DNA of 64,000 nucleotides, from contig CAVTTL010000001.1 in NCBI GenBank assembly GCA_963737635.1, positions 672,001 to 736,000 on the forward strand, in the 5' to 3' direction. Of the stretch, positions 50,886-62,063 are shown in pieces (position 1 is the stretch's first letter; every line of letters starts with the position of its first letter). Below the pieces are notes generated by a model. It was not told the origin of the DNA and did not search any database. It saw nothing but the letters and a program-made list of their open reading frames with translations. The DNA is from an uncultured Methanoregulaceae archaeon (GTDB taxonomy: Archaea; Halobacteriota; Methanomicrobia; Methanomicrobiales; Methanospirillaceae). The translations under genes and the position numbers were made by a program.

Positions 50886-52045
50886 ATGGCAACCCTTTAT
50901 CAAATCCAGACCGCATGTGCGGCGGTGCTGTGTGCAGCGCTGTTTTTGGTGATGCCAGGACTCGCGGCCAATACAGCCGTGTACGGTAATACTGCAGGAT
51001 TGAACCTGAGCCTCCACCACGATGAATTCGCAGTGACCTGTCAGCTCGCCGGCCTCGCCGGACCAGAGCTCGACCAGAACCTGTCATGTTTTACCAATGC
51101 ATCCACGGACGTTCTCATTTTGGAAGGCGATGCGGGATTTTCAGAGAATACCCAAACCGCCATTGGAAACGCAACCGCTACCGGTAAGATCCTTATATTA
51201 AGCGAAAACGATCTTGCACGATTTACCGATATCCTGCCGGTGCAGTCTGCGGGCGTTGCTCCGGGCAGTCCCGCTCTGATCGTGAGCACCCCGAATACGA
51301 CGCTCTCTGAAGACATTTTTGCCGGCCTCCCGATGCAATATCCCAATACGACGGTTATTCCAGAGAGGGAATCGTATATCGTTCGCACCGGTGGCACAAC
51401 CCTGTTGTCCTTCGAGAATGGCGATCCAGCGCTCGTATTCTCCCCGTATGGGAATGGCTACGTTGTCGCATGGCTGCCTCCCTCAGATCAGGCATACCTC
51501 AGCAGCACTGATATCGACCTTATAAACGAGCGGCTGATCACCCACTTGCTGGCGTTACGGAGCACAGAATCTGCGACGATAACACCGGCCAGCGCAAATA
51601 TTACAGCCGTAACAGTTTCCGCGACAAGGTCAACAATGCCCCCGACCACAACTGCCACTGTGACAAGTCCGGGAAATATATCCGTTTACTCCTCTCCTTC
51701 AGGAGCAAACGTATTCATCGATGACATCTACGAAGGCATAACTCCGGTGAACCTCAGTGGCATTTCTCCGGGAAACCATGTGCTCAAACTGGAGATGAAT
51801 GGGTATCAGACTACGAGATCACGATTCCGGTATCAAATGCGAGTACAGTCACTGCGTTTGGATCGCTCGCTCAGCGCAACAGGACGGTACCGGTTACTGT
51901 AACCGCAACACCGACCGATACTTCTTCGATCTGGTCAAGCCCATCAGTTGTTGCAGCAGTTCTGGGGAGCATCGCCGCAATCGTCGCCGCAATTGCCACG
52001 ATATTCTCGATCTATCACAAGCATCAGGAAGATAAAAGGACATGA
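50886..52045 (+). CDS. Secreted PEGA-domain surface protein (frameshifts near the 3' end)
   Basis: Signal peptide; SSPSGANVFIDD..GITP...PGNHVLKL; C-terminal TM in a shifted frame. Confidence 0.7.
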
Positions 52046-52122
52046 TCGCAGGCGCTCAGGTTCTCAGGCTGATCAGTAACAACTATATGGAATCGGCTGA
52101 AAAAGTATATGCCGCAATAGAA

Positions 52123-52194
52123 GGGCTCGTAGATCAGGGGTAGATCGTCACGTTTGCAACGTGAAGGCCACGGGTTCGAATCCCGTCGAGTCCA
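52123..52194 (+). tRNA. tRNA-Ala (TGC)
   Basis: GGGCTCG/CGAGTCC acceptor, TCACG-TTTGCAA-CGTGA arm, GGTTCGAATCC. Confidence 0.94.
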
Positions 52195-52294
52195 TCGTTT
52201 TTATAGCATCTTTTGTGAAAAGTTACTTCTCACTTTAAAAAATTGAGAGGGCAAATACAGGCAGAAGTGATTTGAATCCCGATGCCGGAAAAAC

Positions 52295-52747
52295 TCAATC
52301 GATCCACTCAAGCAGCTGGTTCTTTGACGCCTGTTCGCTTTTCTGGATCAGTTTTCGCTTGACCTTCTGCACCGCTTCATCCGCAGGAGACGGCGGGAGC
52401 GGTGCCGGCGAAGTGGATTTCTCGAATTTTCCGTAATCGAAATACTCGTCATCCTTGTCAATCTCGTGGACGGCTGCCTGGGGTTCCGATTCATGCACGG
52501 AGGAGGATGTGGCGGTGGGGGCATAGGTATCCCGGGCTGGCAGCTGTCCCGGGTCTTCTGCCGGGACCGGGTCCGGGGAGATAAGTGGCGGTGCGATTGA
52601 CTTTACCGACGGAGAGGCATCATGAGATGCGAGCTGGACGGTCACCCGGATGCCCTCCGCCCGCTGTATCAAAAAATCGACGAAGTCCTCGACCTCCCGA
52701 CGTTGATCCGTCGAAAGGTGATCCAGTTTGTTCTCCAGCGACTCCAT
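52295..52747 (-). CDS. Hypothetical protein
   Basis: 150-aa ORF; N-terminal QRREVEDFVDFL helix, Pro-rich linker, C-terminal LLEWID. Confidence 0.6.
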   Translation of the reverse strand: MESLENKLDHLSTDQRREVEDFVDFLIQRAEGIRVTVQLASHDASPSVKSIAPPLISPDPVPAEDPGQLPARDTYAPTATSSSVHESEPQAAVHEIDKDDEYFDYGKFEKSTSPAPLPPSPADEAVQKVKRKLIQKSEQASKNQLLEWID

Positions 52748-52831
52748 GATTTGTGGACCAATCCTATCTATCCAGTACTTTTGTTATTTATATTTAAGAG
52801 ATCTGCGCCGGTACGTAAGATGCCTGATGGG

Positions 52832-53695
52832 TCAATCCCATTTGTGCTGGTACCCGTGTTTTTCCACCGGTTTTCCTCCTGCAAGCACTATTTTTTCCGG
52901 AATCGCTTTCCCGATCATGGTGCAGGCCACACCTTCCACCGGGTACCGGTCCGGGGGCAGCGTGAAGATCAGCTCGTAATCGCCACCGCCGTACAACGCC
53001 AGTTCCCGCGCCTGTTTTTCCGGTATGCCTAAAGGCAGAGGCAGTTTTTCCGGATCAAGGGAGAAGCCACAGGAATTGACACTCATGAGATCGTAGAGAG
53101 TGAGTGCAATACCATCACTGTCGTCCATCATCGCAGAAATTCCCGAGCGGGCGAGTTTTTGGCCCTCCTCTACCCGGGGCTGCGGCTCAAAGAGTGCCTT
53201 TTCGAACTGCCGGTACCCATCAAGCCATGCCTGTGCCTGCCCGGGAGTTCCGGTAATACAGACAAGGTCGCCCGGACGGGTGCCGGTGCGTCGCACGAGA
53301 TGTGCCGGATCAACGAGGCCGAGACCCGATGTTACAACCGTGAGCTCGTCATGGTGGTCGATATCTCCCCCGACGATCGCGGCACCGAATTTCCTGCAAC
53401 AGTCCTGCGCTCCCTGCATGATGCCGGCAAGCTGCTCCCACCGGGAAAGTCCGACCGCAATAAGTACATATTTCGGTGAAGCTCCCATGCCCGCGATATC
53501 GCTGATGGTGACTGCAGCGCTCATCCAGCCAATCTGCCAATCGGTCATGCCATCTACAAAATCAGTGGTTTTATGGAGCATATCGGTCGTTGCCACCATC
53601 ATCTGATTCCCGCACGGGAGTACTGCGCAATCATCCCGGCAGTTCTCCTCGCCAACGATCGCCATCACGGTCTTTAAGAGTTCCCGGTCGTCCAT
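52832..53695 (-). CDS. thiL: Thiamine-monophosphate kinase
   Basis: DDCAV, TTDML, SDIAGMG, GGD, DDSDG, GGGDYEL. Confidence 0.92.
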   Translation of the reverse strand: MDDRELLKTVMAIVGEENCRDDCAVLPCGNQMMVATTDMLHKTTDFVDGMTDWQIGWMSAAVTISDIAGMGASPKYVLIAVGLSRWEQLAGIMQGAQDCCRKFGAAIVGGDIDHHDELTVVTSGLGLVDPAHLVRRTGTRPGDLVCITGTPGQAQAWLDGYRQFEKALFEPQPRVEEGQKLARSGISAMMDDSDGIALTLYDLMSVNSCGFSLDPEKLPLPLGIPEKQARELALYGGGDYELIFTLPPDRYPVEGVACTMIGKAIPEKIVLAGGKPVEKHGYQHKWD

Positions 53696-53697
53696 CC

Positions 53698-55662
53698 TCA
53701 GTTCCCCTTCTTTCGTATTTCCTTACCCCGTTCGCTCTTGTACTCCTTGAAAATGTGCTCGATCCGCGTAGATTCCTTATTACGTAAGAATTGTGTTTGT
53801 TCTTCCTGCCAGTGAGCAAGAGCAGATTCGACCCGGTCTTTTGGGGTAAGCCCCTGCTTGCCTCTCACCTGCACCCCGGTATCCGCACCGACAAGCAGGG
53901 GAAGGCCGGCCTCCTGAAACGCCATGTGGATCTGAGGATCACCCTCTCCCGCAGAAGGGGCAATCAGGGCACGGATCTTCGTATCTGCGAGATCCCTGAC
54001 CACGCTTCGCCCCCAGCCACCCGTGCGCTGTACATATACGAGGTCACCTTCACAGATGCCGATATCTTCCATGAGCCGGCGCAGGCCATCTTTCGTAAGG
54101 CTGTCCAGCACCTTAACGGGGAGTACTTCGCCATCTATGGAGAGCTCGGCAAATGTCCTGATCCGTTCCACCCGCTTTGCCAACGTCCGGCCGTGGCGCT
54201 CTTCTTTCCTGAGCCTTTTTTTTAGGCTCTGGATTATCGCGTCGCGTTTTACTACTTCGGCATCCTTTGCAATTTGTTCATCGCGGCGCGCGTGCATACT
54301 GCGGAGCCGGCCCTGAAGCCGGCGGATCTCATACTCTTTTGCCTTGACTTCTTCCTGGAGTTCTGCTACGTACGGTACGCAGGCGTTTCACCATCCCATC
54401 CAGCACCCGGACCCGCTCATCGTGCTTGGGCTCGGTCGGGGCTGCGGGAACTTTTTCCAGCGGGACAGCAGGTACAACAGCGTGCATGTCAATGAGTACC
54501 TGATCGAGCGCCTGGCCCCGGATCACCCGGGCCCGGACTTCATCGAGATCATGGCCAGGGGGCACTCTTTTAATGAGGTTCCTGAACTTGTTCTGGTACT
54601 GGAGATTTGCGTCGAGAGCGGCGGAAAGAGCGTCGCGCTCGTGGACATTTGCGTACGGGTGGCCGGCGGTGAGTGCAATTTTGGTCTCGACACTCGTATC
54701 CTGACGGGGCGTATACGCGACAGCTGAGAAAGCCCGGCGAATCTTCTCTACCGAGTACGGCATCTCCTGTACGTCGGACGCAATGACGAGGGGTTTCCCG
54801 ATCCGATAAAGAGCCTCTATCACTCCTGACATATTCATCTGGCGGGAACTTTCAAGATGGAGGAGGTTGCCATCAAGGTCGAGAGCAGCGATCGCCGTAG
54901 TAGTGCCCGGATCGATGCCAACAATCAGGTACCGGGGTTTTCCAGAAAGTGGTCGGAACCGGATCCGTTCGAGGCGCTTGCCGCTGATCTTGACCTGAAC
55001 ATCGGCGCCCCGGTAGGTGGAGACCGGCACCTGGCCCCGGGCGGCAAAGACCTGGAAGACCACCCGACTGCACCCACCGAATGCCTTGGTCTCCTTCTTT
55101 TCGTACCGCAACCCTGTCGCTGCGAGCTGCATCTCGATCTCCCGGCCCTTCAGCTGGACGGCGCCATGTATCTTCCGCACATACCGGTTCTGGCTCCACC
55201 CGCCCCGGCCCAGGGACCGGTGTCGGCTTACCACCACCTCGCTCTCATTCTCAAACGCGATAACCTCAGCACCGGCACCCAGCGCTGCTACCCGCGCCGT
55301 TGTACGGGCTTCGGCAAATGGGTCGAACCGGTCGAAGCTGATATTGAACCGGGCAGCGACCTTCCCAAGCGTCTCCTTTTTTCCCCACCGGTTACCTGGA
55401 CGAGTTTTGTCTGGGGCGGGAGACCCTGCAAAAAAAAGAAGAGCTCGCGCTGATCGGCCGCAATTTCCTGAATGCTGTCAACAGCAAGGATGTCGGGGTG
55501 TTCTTCGGAGAGCAACCGGAAGAGCCGGAACATTGAGACTGTGCTCTCGCCTAATATCTCCTGCCCTTCCATCCGGACGAGGGCATACATCGGCCGGCGG
55601 GATCTCGACCTCACTGAGCCTTTAACGATATCGATCCCAAAAACACTCAGCCGGTCACGCAT
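53698..55662 (-). CDS. DUF460-family RNase H-fold/coiled-coil protein (split by frameshifts)
   Basis: VFGIDI, GRGGWSQNRY, IVGIDPGTT, HERDAL spread over three consecutive ORFs. Confidence 0.8.
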
Positions 55663-56504
55663 CGCAGGGCTTCCCCGAGCTCGTATGACAATTTGTACTT
55701 CCGTACAAAGAATGACAGAATATTGGTGATATCGCGTTCAAGGATAGCGCCGGCATTCGGATGCGTTGTCTCCATCCACTGGGGCCAGTCGATTAAGACA
55801 CATTTTCCATCCTCCATGAGGATGTTGAACTCAGAAAGATCCGCATGGATCACGCCGGCCTGGTACGCCGCCCGCACATTTGCGAGGATCGAATCAAGCG
55901 TTTCTGCCGGGTCCGGAAGCCGGCACTTGGAGAGACCCGGTCCGGAAATTTTCGCCATCACGACGGCATTCCGGTTCTGGCCGATAGGAAGCGGGACAGA
56001 CACCTTGGGGTGGAGGGTACAGAGAGCAGCGTATTCGCGTTCAGCAGAGAGTCGGGAGGCTAATAACCAGGGGCAGCTGCCGGTTTCGGGAAGATACTCC
56101 CGGTTGACGCGGGCCGTGTTAAAAGAGCGCTGGCCGACCCGGTGAAACTTAATCACCACCGGCCCAAGGCCGAGTGCATCATATACCACTGACTCCTTTC
56201 CCTCGCCGATCTTTGCCCCCAGTGCCGATATGATTCCTTTTTTTGTAAGCGTTGTCAGTGCAAGCGTATCGTACCCACCAAATACGAGCGCGTAGCCATC
56301 ATAGGGCACCGCGTTGAAACGCACCATTCCCCACGCTATCAGACGCGACAGCCGGTAATTGACTTCTGATTCGGAGAGCCCTGTCGCCTGCTGCAGACAA
56401 TCCAGTGGCACCCACTCGTACCGTTTCATATGCCGTTCAAGTGCGGCAAGAATTGTCTTCTCGTATTTGTGGAGGCTGCGGATACGCTCCGGGGACACGA
56501 CCAT
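55647..56504 (-). CDS. rio2: RIO2-type Ser/Thr kinase
   Basis: N-terminal wHTH (YEWVP), GEGKES, KFHR, IHADLSEFN, IDWPQ. Confidence 0.9.
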   Translation of the reverse strand: MVVSPERIRSLHKYEKTILAALERHMKRYEWVPLDCLQQATGLSESEVNYRLSRLIAWGMVRFNAVPYDGYALVFGGYDTLALTTLTKKGIISALGAKIGEGKESVVYDALGLGPVVIKFHRVGQRSFNTARVNREYLPETGSCPWLLASRLSAEREYAALCTLHPKVSVPLPIGQNRNAVVMAKISGPGLSKCRLPDPAETLDSILANVRAAYQAGVIHADLSEFNILMEDGKCVLIDWPQWMETTHPNAGAILERDITNILSFFVRKYKLSYELGEALRCVTG

Positions 56505-56621
56505 GGTTGCTACAGTGGTTATGTGGCAGACTATAAAATCATGGGCTCCGTGCAGGCTGCCGCCGGAGCATCACAACCTTAAACATCTTTGATTATACAG
56601 ATCAGATTGGAATTGTCTCCC

Positions 56622-57521
56622 ATGCAGTGCGATGCGTGCCGGCGCGAAGCTATTGTTTTCCAGCCATATTCAGGAAAATATCTCTGCCCGGTACATTTTA
56701 CCAAGGATTTCGAGACAAAGGCAAAACGCACCATCCGTTCGCATAGCTGGCTGCACCCGGGCGACCATATAGCCGTTACATTGTCTGGCGACGCTTTAGG
56801 CACTGCACTCCTTCTCTTTCTTTCAAAATTAACAGCAAACCGCCGGGACATACAACTTTCCGCGATAACTGTTGACCCCGGGATTCCCGGTTACCCGGTA
56901 ACTGAATATTCCCAAAAAACAGCTGCTGCCTGCGGTGTTGAATTATTCACCGGCTCATTTTCTGACCGGTACGGTATCACGGCAGATGAAATCGCGAGGC
57001 AGGACGGGAAGGAAGCAGCCGGTCGTTCCTGCCGGGTACTCGGGGGAGATCTGATCAGGGAGATTGCACAAGCCCACGGTGTTACCCGCTGTGCCGTTGC
57101 CACTACGGTCGATGAGATCGCGGGTGATTTTTTTTCCGACCTCCTTGCCGGCACGGTTGAACACTCCCTGTTTTCCCGAGAGCCTATAGGGACAAAACCT
57201 GCTCCCTTTATACGACCGTTTATGGCGATCCCGACGCCGGAAGTAATCCGGTACGCGGAGCTGCATGCTCCTGCAGTTAATCCCTCATGCTTCCTGCCGC
57301 GGTGCTCCTTCGCAGTTGCCAGCCCCCTTGTGGCGGATGCACAGGATGCTCTTGACGCTTACGACTCCAAGCACCCGGCGACAAAATTCGCGCTTGCAAA
57401 CCTCGCCGGGACACTTGCCGGCTTTGCAACTAGGTACGAACTGTCGGTATGCCCGGTGTGCAGCGGTCCGCTTACAGGCGGGGAATGTAAGGGGTGCGCC
57501 ACCCGAAGGAGATTGAGATGA
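56622..57521 (+). CDS. TtuA/NcsA/TtcA-family homologue with degenerate catalytic motifs
   Basis: N-terminal CDAC...C..HF and C-terminal CPVC...CKGC fingers, IRPF; PP-loop reads SGDALG. Confidence 0.7.
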   Translation: MQCDACRREAIVFQPYSGKYLCPVHFTKDFETKAKRTIRSHSWLHPGDHIAVTLSGDALGTALLLFLSKLTANRRDIQLSAITVDPGIPGYPVTEYSQKTAAACGVELFTGSFSDRYGITADEIARQDGKEAAGRSCRVLGGDLIREIAQAHGVTRCAVATTVDEIAGDFFSDLLAGTVEHSLFSREPIGTKPAPFIRPFMAIPTPEVIRYAELHAPAVNPSCFLPRCSFAVASPLVADAQDALDAYDSKHPATKFALANLAGTLAGFATRYELSVCPVCSGPLTGGECKGCATRRRLR

Positions 57522-59233
57522 AGGAGCGTATCATGAGATCGAAGAAACATGTTATTTGGCGGATCATCCAGACGTCCGCAGAGATGCGCGTCCTGATTTA
57601 CTTCGTGCTCTTTGCGCTGCTTATCATCGTCTTTACTGTTATCTTCCACTGGTTGTACCCCGAGTTTGAAGGAAAAACAGTCGACTGGGCGCAATCGGTA
57701 CTTTTCGTAATACAGACCATTACGACTACGGGGAGCCTCCTCACGTACCACTCAGATACGATGATCATTCTGTCGACGATCATGATGCTTTCGGGGATCA
57801 TCATGATCTTCATGGTTATCCCTCTTCTCCTCACACCATACCTTGTAGCAGTGCTCCGCTCGGGACCAGCGCGCCGGACACCTCACGCCCTTTTCCATCA
57901 TACGGTGATAATCGGGGACGGGGAACTGTCCCGTGCACTGGTGGAAAGCCTGTCGCTCTCGGATAAAGAGATACTTATTGTTGAAGAGGATGAAAATGCG
58001 GCTCGCGATCTTGCCCTTAAGCATCTCAGACGGGCGTTTGTCCTATGGGGGGATTATGACGACCCGCAGATCTGGGAGCAGGCCTGGATCAGGAACGCGG
58101 ATTTTGTGATTCTTTGCGAGAACGAACGGACCACCGCAAGCATTATCCTTGGTATCAGGGCAATTACATCAGCACGGATCATCTCAATTGTCGACAAGGT
58201 TTCATTTGACCGGTACCTGAGATATGCCGGTGCTGAGTACGTGCTCTCGCCTAAGCAGATTACCGGGAGGATCCTCGCCCGGCATGCCGTACTCAACCCG
58301 GTCGGTGATATAGAGCCTTCCATCCCCGGTCTTGACCGTCTCACCATAAACGGCGAAGGGTTCCCGGAAAAGAATCTCCGGTTGATTCACATCCCTGTCA
58401 TGTCCGACAGTAAGGCTGCGGGGAAACAACTCAGAGGGCTGGACCTGTACGGGCAGTATGGTGTAATCGTGCCATTTCTCTGGAAAGCGGGCAGGTTCAT
58501 CTCCCACCCGGATCCAAATGAGACCATTGAAGTCACAACCTCACTCTTTTTATTCGGGAGTGCCGATGCTATCCGGCGGGCAGTCCGTGACCAATTGGAA
58601 GTGGACAGGGAACAGATCGGCCATGCGGTGATTGCAGGGTTCGGCGATGTGGGGTCTGCTGCATATGCGGAGTTGGTGGCATCGGGGATTTCCTGTGTGG
58701 TGGTCGATGCAAAAAAGTATAATATAAATGAGGTGGTAGGGAATGCCGAGGACGAGGAGATCTTACAAGAGGCCCATATAGGGGAGGCCCAGTTCTGCAT
58801 CGTCGCGCTCAATAATGATGACGTGAACATCTTTACCACTCTGATGGCACGCAACCTCAATCCCGGAATCCGTGTCCTTGCCCGGGCGAACGAGCCATCA
58901 TCTGTGGAGAAGCTGTATCGGGCGGGGGCGGATTATGTTGCATTGCTTCCACGGATCGGCGGGCAGACGGTTGGCAGGATCGTTCTGGCCGCCACGGTTA
59001 CGGTACTCATCGATCTTCCGGACGGCGAGATGGTAGTATTAAAACATATCAGGCACCCAACCGAACAGACGGTTAAGGGTGCTACAGAGAAAAGTGGTGT
59101 GCGGTTCCTTGGAATCGAGAGACCGGATATGGTCATAGTGTCGCCTCCCGGGACAGAAGTGTTGCGTGAAAGGGATGCAGTGATTGTGGTGGGAAACACT
59201 GAACAGTTAAAAAAATTTATCAGTTTATTCTAA
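57518..59233 (+). CDS. Two-TM potassium channel-like protein with tandem TrkA-N/TrkA-C domains
   Basis: TM-pore-TM, IIGDG and IAGFGDVG Rossmann motifs, YRAGADYV. Confidence 0.85.
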   Translation: MKERIMRSKKHVIWRIIQTSAEMRVLIYFVLFALLIIVFTVIFHWLYPEFEGKTVDWAQSVLFVIQTITTTGSLLTYHSDTMIILSTIMMLSGIIMIFMVIPLLLTPYLVAVLRSGPARRTPHALFHHTVIIGDGELSRALVESLSLSDKEILIVEEDENAARDLALKHLRRAFVLWGDYDDPQIWEQAWIRNADFVILCENERTTASIILGIRAITSARIISIVDKVSFDRYLRYAGAEYVLSPKQITGRILARHAVLNPVGDIEPSIPGLDRLTINGEGFPEKNLRLIHIPVMSDSKAAGKQLRGLDLYGQYGVIVPFLWKAGRFISHPDPNETIEVTTSLFLFGSADAIRRAVRDQLEVDREQIGHAVIAGFGDVGSAAYAELVASGISCVVVDAKKYNINEVVGNAEDEEILQEAHIGEAQFCIVALNNDDVNIFTTLMARNLNPGIRVLARANEPSSVEKLYRAGADYVALLPRIGGQTVGRIVLAATVTVLIDLPDGEMVVLKHIRHPTEQTVKGATEKSGVRFLGIERPDMVIVSPPGTEVLRERDAVIVVGNTEQLKKFISLF

Positions 59234-59249
59234 CAACAGGAGAGCAGAG

Positions 59250-59996
59250 ATGGCTGAAGAATTCGAATGCCGGATGGGACAGGTAGAGCAGATGATCCGG
59301 CACACCTACTGGAGCAGCGGATGCACAGGAATAATCGTTGGTGTTTCCGGGGGCGTGGACTCGGCACTTGCGGCTGCCTTCTGCTGCCGGGCGATCGGGC
59401 CGGACAAAGTGCTCGGCCTCTCTCTACCGGCATCGGTGAGCAATCCGCAGGATGTGCAAGATGCAAGGGAACTTTGTACTGGGCTCGGAATCGAGCACCG
59501 CGTAGTCAGCATCGACCCCATGCTTGCAGCTTTTGCGACTCTCCCCGGCTTCGTGGAATCGCCCTACTTGTCCGGGAACCTCATGGCCCGGATCAGAATG
59601 ACGGTGCTGTACTATCACGCCAACCGGGATCACCGGCTTGTCTGCGGCACTTCCAACAGGAGTGAGTTCCTGCTTGGGTACTGCACCAAGTATGGTGATA
59701 ATGCGGCCGATTTCCAACCCATTGTCCATTTGTACAAAACAGACGTCTACGAAATGGCCAAAAAGATGAAGATTCCGGCTTCGATATTAACCAAAACACC
59801 CTCGGCAGGGCTGTGGGCTGGTCAGAGTGACGAAGGCGAGATCGGCCTGTCTTATGATGAAATAGATGCAGCGCTCAAAAACCTTGAGGCTCATGACTGG
59901 AAAGCCGGATCCCCTGCTGAGGAAAAAGTACTGGTCCGCGCACAGAAAAACGCCCACAAGCGCTTTGCAGCACCTAACCTTTTAACAAGCCAGTAA
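59250..59996 (+). CDS. nadE: NH3-dependent NAD+ synthetase
   Basis: GVSGGVDS, GNLMARIRM, TKYGD, PSAGLWAGQSDE. Confidence 0.95.
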   Translation: MAEEFECRMGQVEQMIRHTYWSSGCTGIIVGVSGGVDSALAAAFCCRAIGPDKVLGLSLPASVSNPQDVQDARELCTGLGIEHRVVSIDPMLAAFATLPGFVESPYLSGNLMARIRMTVLYYHANRDHRLVCGTSNRSEFLLGYCTKYGDNAADFQPIVHLYKTDVYEMAKKMKIPASILTKTPSAGLWAGQSDEGEIGLSYDEIDAALKNLEAHDWKAGSPAEEKVLVRAQKNAHKRFAAPNLLTSQ

Positions 59997-60688
59997 ACAT
60001 GTCCGGGTATTTCTACCGGTTCGTTGAGAAAAGCAAGGGCTTCCCGGTCGTTGATAAGGGAATAAATTGTCCCCGTGCAGGATCGAATGGCTGTATCTTT
60101 ACCCCTGATTGCTACAATGCGCCGGACTGGGGGCACCTTTGGGTAGTGCCGGTTTTTCACAATCCCGCCGTTGCTCATAAGGTAATACGCCCCACCGTGG
60201 CGGATTTCGTATTCGCCGTATTCACTCTCAAATGCGGTAGAGACGAGGTTTGCAAGGACGAGCGTGGAATCCGGTGAGGGATTGATGGTAATATGACCGT
60301 ATCCCGGGGGTATGATCACCCGGGTTCCAGTCTCCGCGAAAACGAGGATAACGTCGTCGAGGGTACGTGACTGGAGAAGAAATTGTGCCTTTCCATCAAT
60401 CACCTCGTACAATTCGGGGTAACCAGTGCCTGCCGGATCGTCAGGATGGTAATGTCCCTTGGTCTTGACGTACTCCCCGCAGAGATCCCGGGGAGGGATG
60501 ACAGTGATATCGTAGCGAAGATTGTAATCGACAAGCCAGCGCCGGTCCATCTCTGTTCGTGCAAGATCGCGATACATATAATAGAGGGGATCGCTTGCCG
60601 GACATCCCGGAACAGCTAGTACAGCACGCATATCCCGAATCGTCCGTATCCCTGGCGCTGGTAGCGCCCCGTTCCACCCGCACCTCAC
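59980..60688 (-). CDS. Cupin-type glucose-6-phosphate isomerase (3' end uncertain)
   Basis: YYMYRD, KTKGHYH, YPELYEV, IPPGYGHITIN. Confidence 0.8.
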
Positions 60689-61973
60689 TTCTTCTTCCTC
60701 ACCACAAACACATAGTAGCCAGCGGCGCCAAGTATCACAACGACAACAACGACCAGTTCAAGCAGCTGGATAACAGCTGACGTTGCAGGGCGGGCGTTTA
60801 TCTGTACGTCAGCCGTGAAGGTATCGGAAACCTGGCTGTTATCGAGGTCGTCACGGTACCTGACCTCGGTATTGAGGGGGTACGTGCCGGGAGCAGCCCC
60901 GCTCGCGGCGGAGAGAGCGTAATGGGCGGTCACTTTGCCGCCGGGCGGGATATCCCCGAGGTAGGCGAGCGTATCCGCGCTCGAAAGCGGCCCGTAGGTT
61001 GAAAGCCGGGCTTCGGCATTATTAGCCGTGATCGTGCCCGTATTCTGGTATACTACATCAATCACGCTGTCAGATCCCTCGGTGATAATCGCAGGGGGTG
61101 ATGTAACGATAAAACTGAGTTTACCCGCCACCGGGATGCCGACTGTGTCAATCGCCGAAGTCACCGTATTCCCGTCGGCGTTCGTGTAGGTCACTTCAAC
61201 ATCGATCGGGTAGGTCTGCTGCTGCGCGGCGCTGGAGACGGCGACCTTGTACTGGCAGGTAACAATACCGCCCCGGGGGAAATCCCCGATATAGACGCTG
61301 TCGTCGGTCGGGATGATAGCGCTGTTCCCATGCTGCAGGATTTTGACCGTTGCCTGGGTCCCGTCCTCGTATCCGACATTCTTGATAGTCAGGTTGATGT
61401 AGCCTTCTGTCCCGACCGCAAGGCCGGACGCATTGGCATCGAGCACGTCAGTCTGGACGACCGGTTTTATCATAACCGTGAGCGGGATCGTCAGGGTCAC
61501 GGGAGCGTATACGGCCTGGACCTGGTCGCTCGTAGGCTGGTTGCTCAGGCTGTTGGAGAGATAGGTATACTGGACTGTTAGGGGAAGAGTGTATTCACCG
61601 AGCGTCGCATCTGACGTGATCTTAGCCGAGAACCTCGCGGTAGTGATCCCGGGGCTTTGGATATCGCCCAGGTTCTGGGCATCCGTCGTGATGTTGATAG
61701 GAGCTCCACCCGAGGTGAGTGCTACCGTGACCAGTTTCGCAGTGGTGGGCAGGTCGGCCTGCGGCAGGGTTCCCTGGTTGGTGTAGGTTACCGCGGTCAT
61801 CCCGCTGTTCTGGATGTCGATGGTGATCGTTGCGGTCTGTCCCGGGTAGAACTCATTGGTGCCGGCAATGTAGGCCGTTATCTGGGGCGAGCCCCCGACA
61901 TATTTTTCCTGGCCCAGCGCGGGCATGATGCAGAACGGTACTGCCTAAGATCAGGAGAGCAAATATTGGATGA
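60685..61973 (-). CDS. COG1361-type S-layer-like surface protein
   Basis: Repeated N.G...LGDI.PG Ig-like domains, C-terminal TM + KKK; the signal peptide appears frameshifted. Confidence 0.75.
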
Positions 61974-62063
61974 TATTTCATCGGGAATCACATGCAGTTG
62001 TTATTGGTACACATTTCTATGGTATCATATAAAGCGATGCAACAAGCTAAACTAAACACCGGT

